Positions 13,483 to 25,225 of a DNA stretch of 64,000 nucleotides are shown here, one piece after another (position 1 is the stretch's first letter; every line of letters begins with the position of its first letter). Under the pieces are notes generated by a model. That model worked only from the letters and a program-made list of their open reading frames with translations, did not search any database and was not told the DNA's origin. Both the position numbers and the translations under genes were made by a program. The stretch comes from Antedon mediterranea (Eukaryota > Animalia > Echinodermata). The DNA is taken from assembly GCF_964355755.1 (NCBI RefSeq), contig NC_092673.1, positions 24,611,648 through 24,675,647 on the forward strand, given 5' to 3'.

Positions 13483-14035
13483 GTAATTTGCATAATGTTT
13501 GTGTAATTGCATGTATTTACAGTGTTTAAACAATGGAACATTGAAGAGACTGCTCGAATGAGAAAGATTCTTGAAAACAAATCTTTCTATCAATACAGCA
13601 TTTACTAATGTTACATAAAGACAAATTAAGTTAAATCTGAAATATGATTATGTATTCGCAGCGCCAGGGGTCTTTTTGAATAAGCCCTTCTCATGCAAGG
13701 GGAGAAAAAAAGCAAACTTGTTTGATTACGATATAATACGATAGGCCTACGTACTTTTGTCCATAGGAAATTCTTATGTATGTGTCAAACGCCTACTAAA
13801 TATTGTTTTGCTAAAACCAAATGTTGAAACAAATAAAAATGGACAAAAATAGGAAAATTATGTTGAATCGGTTTTTTTGTACATAATTGAGTTCTTACAT
13901 CTGTTTTTTTTTTTGTATTTTTTATTTAGGCCTATAGCAGTAATATTAAATCTACTTTCAAGAGTAGGCCGAAATATGATGTCATAGGCCTAGGTATAAC
14001 AAATTATGTTCCATTTTTATTTCGTTTTTAACCAG

Positions 14036-15256
14036 GTGCAAGAAGGTCACATTGCGAAGACGGTAAAACGTGTATTAACAACGTCCAACCCATTTATGAC
14101 TACATTGACAGAGAGCTGAAATCAGTAAAGATTGGGTTATCCAATGCCGAAAGGCAGCTCTACGGAGGAGCTCATCCTATTCATTTCCTTACACACGTGG
14201 AGGGCATCTTGAAAACTAAACACAGGATTAAAAGCATCAAAAGAGCGGTTGCTGTTGTAGGGTCTACGCAAGATTTGGACATGTTTATCGAAATTTGCAC
14301 TGATATAGGCCTACAAAGACCAGGTAAAGATGTCGAGTTCACACAATTTCTGAAGAATTTTCAAGACGGATTGAAGATGGCGTTGAAAACCTGTGTTGAA
14401 CTTCTTGAAGAAATCAAAGCCATTGACGCCATTGCGAAGAAGTTCTGCGGTAACTACAGACAGTTGCGTGATGGAAGTTTAGAGTTAGAGTGGATGGTGG
14501 AGATTAATAAGGAATTTAAAAACACTCTTTCAGATGTTCACAGCCTTCTTGACCATTCTGGCACTTCTTTGAAGACAAACTTATTTAGTTCCAACTTTTT
14601 GTCAGTTGAAGTTTCTAAAACGTGTGACACCGTCGTTTACCCACTATTACGATTGGTTCCCGATGTCTTCCAAAAGTTGTATCATATGATTTTTCTTATA
14701 GGAAGATGGCGGTTGAACGATCAGCTTTGCCTCGAGGATATACAATTGAAACTGATTAAACTCAAACACATTCAGCGCATCAGAGAGGAAGAATATAGTG
14801 TCTTAGAAATAGATCATGGTAGCATTCTTAGTGACATCGTTGAAAAACGTATTCGTGTTAAACTCAGAGAAAATCGTGAAATCATCAACCGGATTAACAC
14901 AGACGTTTAGAATGGAGATGGTGAGATCTGAGAAAGAAATTCAAGAAAGAAAACGTAACGTGTCATCGGGCGTGTCATCGACGTCACACATCACAAAAGA
15001 AATAAAAGTTCTTCAGGAAAAATACAAGTCATTGACTATGTCATTTCTATTAAATGAGCAAGATCTAAAAATAAAATTGATGGAAAAAGAGAATCTTGTA
15101 AACACGCTTGAAGATATGCAAACTCATGTAACTGCGTCAAACAAGTTAGGAGTAGAAAAAATTGAAATGATGAAAGAAATCAAAATGATAACAAATAAGA
15201 TTCGTCAACTGGAGATGATGTTTTATCGAAAGACACGCTCTTTTAAACTGATTTAA
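14036..15256 (+). pseudogene. Uncharacterised helical/coiled-coil protein gene (about 400 aa) interrupted by a single +1 frameshift near 14907
   Basis: TTTTTAACCAG acceptor at 14035; frame open 14038-14910 and an overlapping frame open to TAA at 15256; AATAAA at 15317. Removing one T from GTTTAGA joins ...RINTDV-RMEMVRSEKEI... It could be a real gene with an assembly error. Confidence 0.6.
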
Positions 15257-15829
15257 TGATAACAATAATAATGTGTATACATTCTTTAATGTTCATCTTG
15301 TTATTTTTGTGTGGTGAATAAATAAAAGGAAATTGCAAGGTGCAGTATATGGGTTTTGTTTGCATTGTACACAATTCTTGTTAAAAAATATCTGAAAAAA
15401 ACTGTTTTATGATTACTAAATTATCTACAATCAAATAGCGCTTTAATATAATAATAAATAAATAATAGTTTCACGATTACATGTTTATGCGATCGCATAT
15501 ATTTATTTATTTAGTTAAATTTATCTACCTATGTAATACTATCGAGCGGGGATACTACGTCGTAAAAGGAAGCGCAGCTTTAACACTAAAATATTAAATC
15601 ATCATCCCGGTAGCAGCCTAATACAATCCATATACGACTAGGCCTAATACATAAAACATGTCTAAATGGTCAAAATATTGATCCAATTTATGTATATTTA
15701 GTATATTATAGGCTAGTTATTTGATTAATAACCGTCTTTGACCTTATTGTGGCAGATGGTAGCTACCTAGCTGCTTATGAGCAATTGGTATTAAATCATG
15801 CTATTGTTTTTGGTCTCTTTCCTAACAAT

Positions 15830-15980
15830 TGATTGGCCAACATTTTTAAAATACGACAATGAAATGAGAAGTGGATGACATTTATATTTATTACACTTCA
15901 AATAATTTCACACACGAAACCATGGAAACGGAAATCTATGCCGTGACATCAAAAAGAGAGGCAGTGTGTAGTGACGTCAC
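15830..15980 (+). promoter_or_regulatory. Putative NPDC1 proximal promoter: CCAAT box, RFX-like site and two CRE/ATF sites
   Basis: GATTGG at 15831, GAAACCATGGAAAC at 15916, TGACATCA at 15944 and palindromic GTGACGTCAC at 15971-15980, all 130-280 bp upstream of the ATG. Confidence 0.5.
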
Positions 15981-16109
15981 CAAAGAGCGCACTCAGCACA
16001 TACTGTAAAAAACTTAGCATACGATAACAACATAGACGGAGGAGATGATGGAACGTACTTAAATATCTTGTTTATAGTCTTCAACATTTTGGCGATACCT
16101 TTTATTATC

Positions 16110-16194
16110 ATGACTCCAACTGGAAATTATATGCTTTCTTTGGGTATACTATTTCTTCAAATTTCGGCTTTATCATGTAATCATTTCAACAAAG
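16110..16194 (+). CDS. NPDC1: NPDC1-like exon 1, signal peptide (MTPTGNYMLSLGILFLQISALSCNHFNK)
   Basis: Hydrophobic leader and a strong AAG|GTAAGA donor, phase 1. Confidence 0.75.
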
Positions 16195-18043
16195 GTAAGA
16201 AGACCGTACGTTTTTACCGTGCGTGTGTTGCGAGTCAGGCTACATTGTTGATGTCTTCGGTCGATATCTTGACGGGAATAAGTAGATTGTTTCGGCAAGA
16301 AATTGTCAACAGCTGTTCGTCCGGGTGTATGTTGTGATGCCTAGCCTACGCCCCCGTATTGCTGATTCTAGGCCTAATGATTTGTTCTGCCCGTGAATCC
16401 TGTTTGATTAACAACCTTTATTGTTTAAAACTGCAGGCTTCAGACTTTCAGAATTGTTATTGTATTGAATGTTATTGTATTGAATGTTATTTTATGAAAC
16501 ATATAGCTTGGCCTATTGTAATTTTTTTTTAAATGAAAATTACATTTTTTGATGTATTTCGATATTCAGCTTTATTTTTGATAATTTCATATAATATATT
16601 ATACTTATTATAGCCTAATTCAACTATTTCAAAAGTTGCAATAAAAGTATTTATCTTAAAGTTTATCTTCATCTTATCTATAGTATTAGTATCTATAAAA
16701 TAGGTTCTACTACTAAAACTGTACTATCTAGGCCTGCCTAGTGACTAGCTACTATAGTAATATACTAGGCTAATTCTACTACAGTAGTATTTAACTAGTA
16801 GTAATGTAGTTTTTTTAAAAACTGACTAACTAAAACTAAAACCCACCACTATTCCTTCGAGGGTTTGTTACTCTTCTTAACATTACTCCATGCATGTCAG
16901 TATGTACGCGAAGGTGCCACATTTACGGGGTATATTTTTGTAGGTCTGGTTGTTTGGACTGCTATAGTTTTTTTTTAAACTTTACTGTAAACCCCAGAAT
17001 TGTCTGTACCACATGTTTGTGAAGTGCTTTTAAATGAATCATGCTTATTACTGACCTGATCTAAACTTCAGATACATATCCTGCTCTTTTTGTCTCGGAA
17101 GGGTCCTTACAAACCATACAATATGTTAACTACAGTAACATAATTTATCTACTTAAACTGTTATCAGGTCAAACAGACTGTATTTTTACATCTGTTAGCT
17201 GTTTTGCAGCTTTAGAATGCATAACCTGAATGTGCAATGTATCCCCACCCCCTCCCATTATGATGGATGGATGGTTACTTTTGTATGGCATGTGATATCA
17301 ACCAATCAAATGGGAAGGATGTACACTTACTGTATATTAACAATATACAGACTTAACTATTGTGTGTAAAAATCATTGTAGAAACTGTTCGGAATACTGT
17401 ACTATACGAAACAGCAACTCATGTTGACTGTACTGTCATTACATAATTTTATGATTAGAGGGTCTGTTGCATTATAAACTTTGATCGAAATAAAATTACT
17501 GCTAAAGATCTATGCTAATTTTTATCGGTATTATAGAAGAATGAACGCTCTGTTTGTCACTTTCACATTGTCTACTTCAATCTTACACTATGTGTGACTA
17601 ATGTGTTACAATTTACTGTACATGCACAGCAGAATCACTGGCGTATGTATTATCATTGTGAATACTGTCTTTTTACATAATAATGGTATTCTGTATTGTA
17701 TACTGTAGGCCTACTGACTTCTACTCGTGTATTTTTTTATTCTGTCGGCAGTAAAAGAGTACAGATGTAATATACAGTAAATAGTTTGGTATTTGTTTCA
17801 TGAGTCTTTCAATGCGTGCCAGTTGCTACTTTGCATCTTCTGAATGTCTCCCCTATCTAGCACCCTCTTCTCAATGTCTCTTCTATTCTCAATGACTTCC
17901 CTTACTCAGCAGGTTGAACGCCTCTTGGGTATTGCAATCATTTCTATACAGTATTACTGTATCAATTTTTATTTGTTAAGTATCACTATCAGTTTAAAAT
18001 ACTGTCTCTATTTCATGTTTGCAGCCATTTTTTGACCTATTAA

Positions 18044-18912
18044 GGGTATGTTCAGACTCACGGAGTTACGGTGGAGTTATCTACGCAAGGCGTACGGTAA
18101 TCCGTGGCGTTAAAAGTCAAGGTGTTCAGACACAACGATTAGCATTTCAAACGTCTTGCGTTTAAAGCGGAAGTTCCGTCATACCGAAACGGCCGATGGG
18201 ATACATACACACAACAACAGAGCTGAGAGTGACACACGCGAAAGTTTACAACACAGCTAGGCCTAGCAATATAATACAATGTTACCTTCAAATGTAATGG
18301 TTTTTTTGCCGATTTTTTTGCAAATCCTTACAGAAGATAGTAATTTCGAACATAATTATTACACGGACAATGACTTTGCCATTATTTGTATGATTTTAAT
18401 TAATTTTGTGAAATCATGTCGCCGACGCCAACTTCGTCAGGAAGAATTTTGCAGTTTAGATGCAATTTCTTTAAAAAACAGCCATCTTGTTGACGGCGCT
18501 AGCTTTCCAATTTCTAATTTCTATCTTATCTATAAATTCAGGACTGCCCCATAATGAAATCAAATCAGCCACTTCTGTACTTTTCCATGTAACGCGTTTC
18601 ATTCGAATGTTGCTGTTGATCTAGGCTAGCTCGAGGAATAGGCTATATTGTTTTGCTATTAAAAAAAACCGCGCGAATAGACTGCTGCTAATTGCGGTCG
18701 TGTCTTTTCATTGGCTGACGTTGACCGGAGGTTGAAATCACTGATGCATCAATGGATTAGCCTTATGAAATCTACCCTCTCCCGCTGGAGTTATTAACGC
18801 CACTGGCGCGGAGTAACAGCTCCCTAACGCTAATCCGCGGCATGGTTCAGACAGAAAAATATGTATGCCGCGTACATAACTCCACCGTAACTCCGTGAGT
18901 CTGAACATACCC
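18044..18912 (-). mobile_element. PIF/Harbinger non-autonomous deletion derivative with a Myb/SANT-like ORF remnant
   Basis: Perfect TIRs of about 37 bp (GGGTATGTTCAGACTCACGGAGTTACGGTGGAGTTAT) and a TAA TSD on both sides. Minus strand 18602-18440 reads MKRVTWKSTEVADLISLWGSPEF...AVF/KEIASKLQ, with one frameshift. Confidence 0.9.
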
Positions 18913-20816
18913 TAAGGCTCTACACTATAAAACTAGTTTGACTATACAAAAGTTTAATGTGCCGAAATATGATACTGTATGCCCAAATGGTAGTGATCCT
19001 TTCACATTTGTTTACAGTGATAATATGTGTTTATTTGTCAAATAATCAAATAAATAGTTGTTGATTTTTAATTCTAATTACAATACATTATCACATTTAG
19101 AATTCAGAATTGTTAATCTGTATCAAGGTAAAGTACTGTATGGTACATTAGTGTTTAATGCTTATATACAGTTATGAATGAATCAATTATTTAGGCTGTT
19201 TTTTGAATACTGTATATTTCTGATACTTTACTAATAGTAGTACAGATACTGATGATACAGTAGTATAATATCAAAGGCTTCGCTACACTACTATCAAAAC
19301 TACTGCACTTCAAGAGTTCAATATGCTAATTAGCTTGCCTAGAATTGATGAAAAGATCTATGGACTCTGCTTTAATGAGGAGAATACTGTACATTATGCT
19401 AATGAGGTGTTTCTTTGGTAATATCAACAGATTGCTGGAAACAAATGAATAACAAGTATAAGATGTTATATAATACTCTTTTTGTTTATCAATCCATATG
19501 ACTAATTGTGTGTATTATTTATAAATTATGAATCTAATAAATTAAACGGAAATGTCATTGTCAGTAACAAAAGGAAGAGGGACGGGAGTGGAATGTGGGT
19601 TGTTAATTTATAACGTTGACATTGTACGATGCATAAAAATTTTAAAAAAGAAGCTGCAATTCAAAGTGGGGTATTGAAACGAAGATGAGTGGATATGTAT
19701 AAACTTTAACAAGAGAAATTTTTTTTTTTCCACAACTAAATACATTTGCTTTTGAATTTTTTCTTGCCAATAAAACTGAATGAAATGTATACTAAACAGA
19801 TACATCTAACTGTATGTGGATGAGAATGGTATGGGATAGAAGTGCACCCGATGGTAATCTCCATAATGGTGGAGAAAGTGGCCTTAGAAAAAAAATGGCT
19901 ATGGGCTTGTTGTAAAAAAGCCTGCAATGATTGGCACATACTGTATCAAAATTATGGAACTATCTCCCTGTTATAAATAAAACTTTCCGTATCACTTAAA
20001 AAAAATCTGTAAAACTAAAACATTACCTATAGCCATTTAAAAAACTTGCTTTTGTTATGCTCAAAATGTTATCTCTTTCTTTTTTTGACTTATTTTATTG
20101 TTTACTGTTTTTTACAGTATTTCTTTTTATGTATTTTGCATATTTGTATTGTTGTAGGGGCCCTCATAAGAAAGACAAGCTATTGCTTCTAGTGCGGGCC
20201 CCAGTTATTTTTTTCAAATAACTGAATAAATGTGTATGAAGGAATGAATGCTTGCTATACTCTCTTATCTATTCAGTGACAGGATCTACTAAATCACTTC
20301 TTTACAGTATACTGTAGTAATACCATATTTCCTTCTGTACTGTATAGCTGTACAGTAGCTATGCACAAGGTGTGCTGAACTATACAACATTAATTAACCT
20401 TCCAAAAAGCTGGTTACAAAACTTGCATTACTGCAGACTATTACAGTATTATAAAGCCCTATATTTTTGTGCTCCTCTAACTAATGTTTGTGACAACACA
20501 ATTTTTACCGAAGTATTTATGAGTGAAAGGGTTGAGTGTGCTGTGAGTGTTTGTCATACAGTATACAGTAAATTCATGAATACTGGATACACTGTTAGTA
20601 CTTAATTACATTGTGATTCAATGGGGTTTATCATTTTCATTTCTGTCTCCTATTCTTTGTGACTTGAGTTTCAAAGTTGGTCTCCATCCGCACACTTTAT
20701 TTGAGACATTTTATTTGATTCTACTGTGTAATTTATAAATGTTGTGTTTTATATTGCGGTAAAACAAGCAAACAAAATACAAGCTATATTTTTAATGTTT
20801 TCTTTTTCTTTCAAAG

Positions 20817-20960
20817 AACAATTCATACGATGCCCTCGTCCCAATATATGTAAACAACTGGGCCGTGATCGTTGTACAGATCCATACATTGGTTGCGGCG
20901 ATTGCCTCCAAAGCTTTGTAGAGGAGAGTGATGGATCGTGTAGGAAAATTTACAATAATG
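20817..20960 (+). CDS. NPDC1: NPDC1-like exon 2, six-cysteine N-terminal domain
   Basis: CPRPNICKQLGRDRCTDPYIGCGDCLQSFVEESDGSC matches the recalled human NPDC1 CPGSLDCALKRRARCPPGAHACGPCLQPFQEDQQGLC; AG/GTAAGT sites, phase 1-1. Confidence 0.88.
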
Positions 20961-21007
20961 GTAAGTCTATTCAGAACACAATTTTGATTTCAAAATTTAC
21001 TGTATAA

Positions 21008-21190
21008 AGGGTCTTTCTCACCTGTTCCGGGCCGTCGCCGGCAAATCCAATCGAACGTCAATGTTTTGTTTTTATTCGCGGCTATGCGCATAGCGATTGG
21101 CGCATAACCGCATGGAGCGAAACAACAAAAGAAACATTGACGTTCGATTCGCCGGACCGGAACCGTGCCGGATAGGAAATTTAAGACCAT
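21008..21190. mobile_element. Palindromic Harbinger-like MITE
   Basis: Nearly the whole element is self-complementary (ATCGAACGTCAATGTTT / AAACATTGACGTTCGAT); TAA and TTA flanks. Confidence 0.7.
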
Positions 21191-23608
21191 TTAGTCAAGT
21201 ACTTGTAGCAGTAAAAACATAATTTGACATTTTTAAGTTTGTTGAATTTGCATAAAATATCAATTGTATTGTATATTACATGTTTGTAATAATTAATGTT
21301 TTGTTTAAAGCTGTACATAATTTTTAGATAACTCAAATAATTTGTGCTGATGAAATATGAATGCTGAATAATGGATATTTTAACAATTTAACAAGATTTT
21401 TTTTTAAGATTTCGAATGTCCACAGTCTAATTTCTGTTTTTTTTCTCTTTTCATTGGGACAAATCACTATAAAATAAAGTGTGTGAGTGCTATTATAACT
21501 TGTGTGGTAGAATAAAAAATTGTAAAAGATATTTTACTGTATGTTTAGTTTCTATTGTTTTTATGAATGAACTTTGCGCCAATCTTTACAATCAGCTCTA
21601 CACATCCTTGATTAATTTTGATGGAATTATTCATTAAAACATGTATTTCTGAATTGTACAGTTAACCTTTCATTTTGTGGATAAGACAATTTTCTAGTTT
21701 CAATTAATACGGTAATTTAGTAATTTAACTTTATGAAATTGGATGTTTTTCTTGTTGTCACTTTTTCAGATTGCCATAGAATATGGTTACGGTATAAATA
21801 TATATGGGTATCTATTTTGGAGTTTATGTTTTTGTATTAGCTTTTGTTTGTTTATTAAATTTAAATTAAATAATCAACTAACCTACTAAGTGTAATACAT
21901 GTTTAACTTGTTCTGTTTGATTTAAAAAAAAATTATAATTTCATACTTGAAAAATTAAAATGATTTTCATTTTGTCCAGATTTAAATATTTTTCTTGTTG
22001 AAAGATATAGATTGTTGTATTAAAATTCTTATTGATTTATAACATTTTTATAAATGGTTGTCACTTCATAGATGAATTTTTAATTAGTATTCAGCCTGTA
22101 CAGTAGTAAGTTAATATGAAGTAAATGTGAAAAATTCAAGTCATAATGCCATGTTACTGTCGGTATTGAGTCTCATCTGGTTTTATGAGATTTCTGACCC
22201 GATGTTTTGACTTGATGAAGGAAAACAAGCAACGAATAGTCTTAATTTTATTTTTAGTTTGAATTCAAACTAGATTTCATGGAATTGCCAGCTTACTTAC
22301 ATTTAGTATTAGTAGTTACTTAATTTTGAACTGACCTAATATTGTACAGTATGTAGTATTCATCTGTACAACAAATAAAAACAAAACAAACATTGTTTGT
22401 TATTGATTACAAATTTATTATATTAAATCATTGATCAATTGTTGTATTTTTATTAGGTAACATTGATATAGTTTCTATAGTAAATTATTTTTCATACATA
22501 GGTTGCTCACTACGGTATATGCCTTGTATTTGAATATCCTTGGTCTATAATAATAACTTTCTCATACACTCATAATCTTAAATAATCATTGTAAATCTTA
22601 TTAATAAATAATACTGTATTAACAATGATATGAAAAAATAAAGTCTCTATAGTAATTGAATTGTTTTGCATAAGACATTACTGTATGAATAGCCTACAGT
22701 AGATGGTCATTTTCAATGCATTTTCATTAATGCATTCCCATATCATTCAGAAGAATATTAATCTTCAATATTAAATAACATTGCCTATACTGTAGTAAAT
22801 TACAATAGATTGTTTTTTAGTACATGAATAGGTCTTGTCAAAACAGAATAAAGTCGCATTCCTATAAAAGTAAATTATAGAATTTTTCATAGAGCACTAT
22901 CAGTACATGTACAGTATACTGTAGGTCTTATAGTAAATGCATTCAATGCATTCTCACAAAGTCAAATTCCTATAAAGTATAATAAATTAGATTGTTTTTT
23001 TTATTATAATTTGTATTGTACTGGTTTTTAATACTAATATAGACTACATGGTTTTTAGTAACTTTTCAGTGCATTCTCATAAAGTCACTATAAAAAATAT
23101 TATTTTTCATTGAATAATAAATAGCCTATGGTCTTACTAGTATCTTTCCAATGCATTCTCATGCCATTCAGAAGAATAGCATTTCAGATATTAATTGATT
23201 TTAGCTGGCAACATTATTAATTTGTATATTATGTCTACTCTAAATGCATCTTGTTGACTGTAGGCTATTCCATTATATATGATATTTACTTTGAATACAT
23301 ACTCGGCATGTGTGGGTGTATCCTACAGCACTGTTTGTTGATAAGTACCAGTTATAGATTAACAATAATAATTGTATTAATGTGAAAAGGCTTGTTTAGT
23401 TTACCCAGTTCAACTTTAACAATAGCCATATTCTCCGATAAAAAAAAAAGAGAGATATATAACTTTGATAAATAGAAAATTAGTTGAGCATAATTAATTA
23501 ATTTAATAGTACATTAAAGTTCATAAACCATGCTTTCAGTTTCAGATTGATATCCAAAAACAATTTCTTTTCAAGACATGGACGTTACATTAACGTTATA
23601 CAATATTA

Positions 23609-23717
23609 ACCCAAATATGCTAGTGATATGCCCAAATATGGTAGTCATGACATCATCATTTTCATATGGGCAATCACATTTTTTTGTCACATAAAGTTTG
23701 ATAGTGTAGACAGAGCT
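23609..23717 (+). mobile_element. MITE family A, partial copy
   Basis: Right half of the element, ending GTGTAGACAGAGCT followed by TAA. Confidence 0.75.
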
Positions 23718-23772
23718 TAACACCATTCATACTAAAATTGAAAAAATTCATCTCCTTCCCAAAATATTTTTG

Positions 23773-24228
23773 AAATCAAATTTTCGTTTTTAGTGAAGGT
23801 GAAGATAAACGTTGAACTTACCAACGTTTCGTGCGTTAGCATCGCACTTTTTCAAGGTAGTGGTGTCAGCTTGATTTGCCGACACTGATCATGGCATAGT
23901 CACGTGAACAAGAGAGGATGGCAAAGATTTCAATTAGAAAAACTGATAACAACATGAACAGAGACCAAGGAGGAAAGTGGCTGCCAAACGTATGTGATGA
24001 CCTGTTAGAAGTGAGACGGCCGGCCGAGGCGGACCCCTCTGGGATTCACCCAGAGGTATTCAAGTAATAACTCAGAGAGGGCGCATGTCACAACAACATC
24101 ACGTGACTATGCCATGATCAGTGTCGGCAAATCAAGCTGACACCACTACCTTGAAAAAGTGCGATGCTAACGCACGAAACGTTGGTAAGTTCAACGTTTA
24201 TCTTCACCTAAAAACGAAAATTTGATTT
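23773..24228 (+). mobile_element. 5'-truncated Penelope-like retroelement with an inverted pseudo-LTR
   Basis: Arms of about 130 bp (23773-23907 and 24099-24228) are identical apart from one short duplication. The spacer encodes ISIRKTDNNMNRDQGGKWLPNVCDDLL, the C-terminus of a PLE GIY-YIG endonuclease, with stop at 24067. Confidence 0.85.
24145..24190 (+). ncRNA. Minimal type I hammerhead ribozyme, U3-A8 variant (mirror copy on - strand at about 23816-23862)
   Basis: ACTACC-TTGAAAAA-GTGCG(ATGCTAA)CGCAC-GAAA-CG-TT-GGTAAGT: helix I, core, helix II and a palindromic ACGT helix III. Confidence 0.7.
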
Positions 24229-25064
24229 AAAAAAACTATTCATACTGTATAACAGTACACACTCAATTGAGCATCCCAAAACATGAGACAAGAAGTAGCT
24301 TTAAAATTAACATCACTATTTACATCATATAGTTTGGCCATCATTGTTTTAAATGCATTTGTAAGGTTTGCAAAGCCTTTTACAATGTTATGGTTTCACA
24401 GTTTCAATTATAAATGCCTCCTAATTAAACATTGCTGAAACTCTTCATCCTGTCTTTCACTTAATTATCTTATAATCTTCCACTGATCAGCACCACATCC
24501 CACTCATCTCGTCAAGGAAAAGTCATATTAAGTTAAACATATACTATATATTTTATCTTTTAATAATCCTTCTCTCAGTGATCAGTAGCCACAAGATATA
24601 AGTGGTGAGGTTTTCACAAGAAAAGGGAACCATTTCTGTTCAAGCCACTGGGTTGTCAAAGACCTGTGAAAAAGTGGTCAGGTTGAAACCTTACCAACCA
24701 TACTGGTGGTTACGGCCCTTATTCTATTTTTTTCTTTATTTGAAAAATGCATAGTTTTATATAGAAGAGTACAGTATGTAGGTTTGCGTCAGGGAGCTAA
24801 TGAAATTTACCAATTTGTAATCAAGAGATCTGCACTCGCGTCCCACCTACAGTAAGAATTACATTTTTGTTGATGTTTCTGATCATTAACAAGTGGACAC
24901 ATTTCAAGATGGAGTTACAAGCCACAATCTTATGTTCATTGTCTGATTCGGTAGATCATAAATAAATTAGTTGGCATTTCTTGCAACACAGTCAACATTG
25001 ATCTTCCATTTCTCAACCTCGAGTACAATTCAATAGGGCAAAACAGGCTAATAATAAAAATGCA

Positions 25065-25225
25065 AGCTCTGTCTACACTATCAAACTAGTTTGACAAAAA
25101 AAGTGTAATGTGCCCAAATATGGTAGTGATATGCCCAAATATGGTAGTGATATGACATCATCATGTCCATATATGGGCACATCACATTTTTTTGTCACAT
25201 AAAGTTTGATAGTGTAGACAGAGCT
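25065..25225 (+). mobile_element. MITE family A, full-length reference copy (PIF/Harbinger Tourist-like)
   Basis: Perfect 23-bp TIR AGCTCTGTCTACACTATCAAACT and an internal tandem CCCAAATATGGTAGTGATATG; other copies show TAA or TTA TSDs. Confidence 0.9.
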
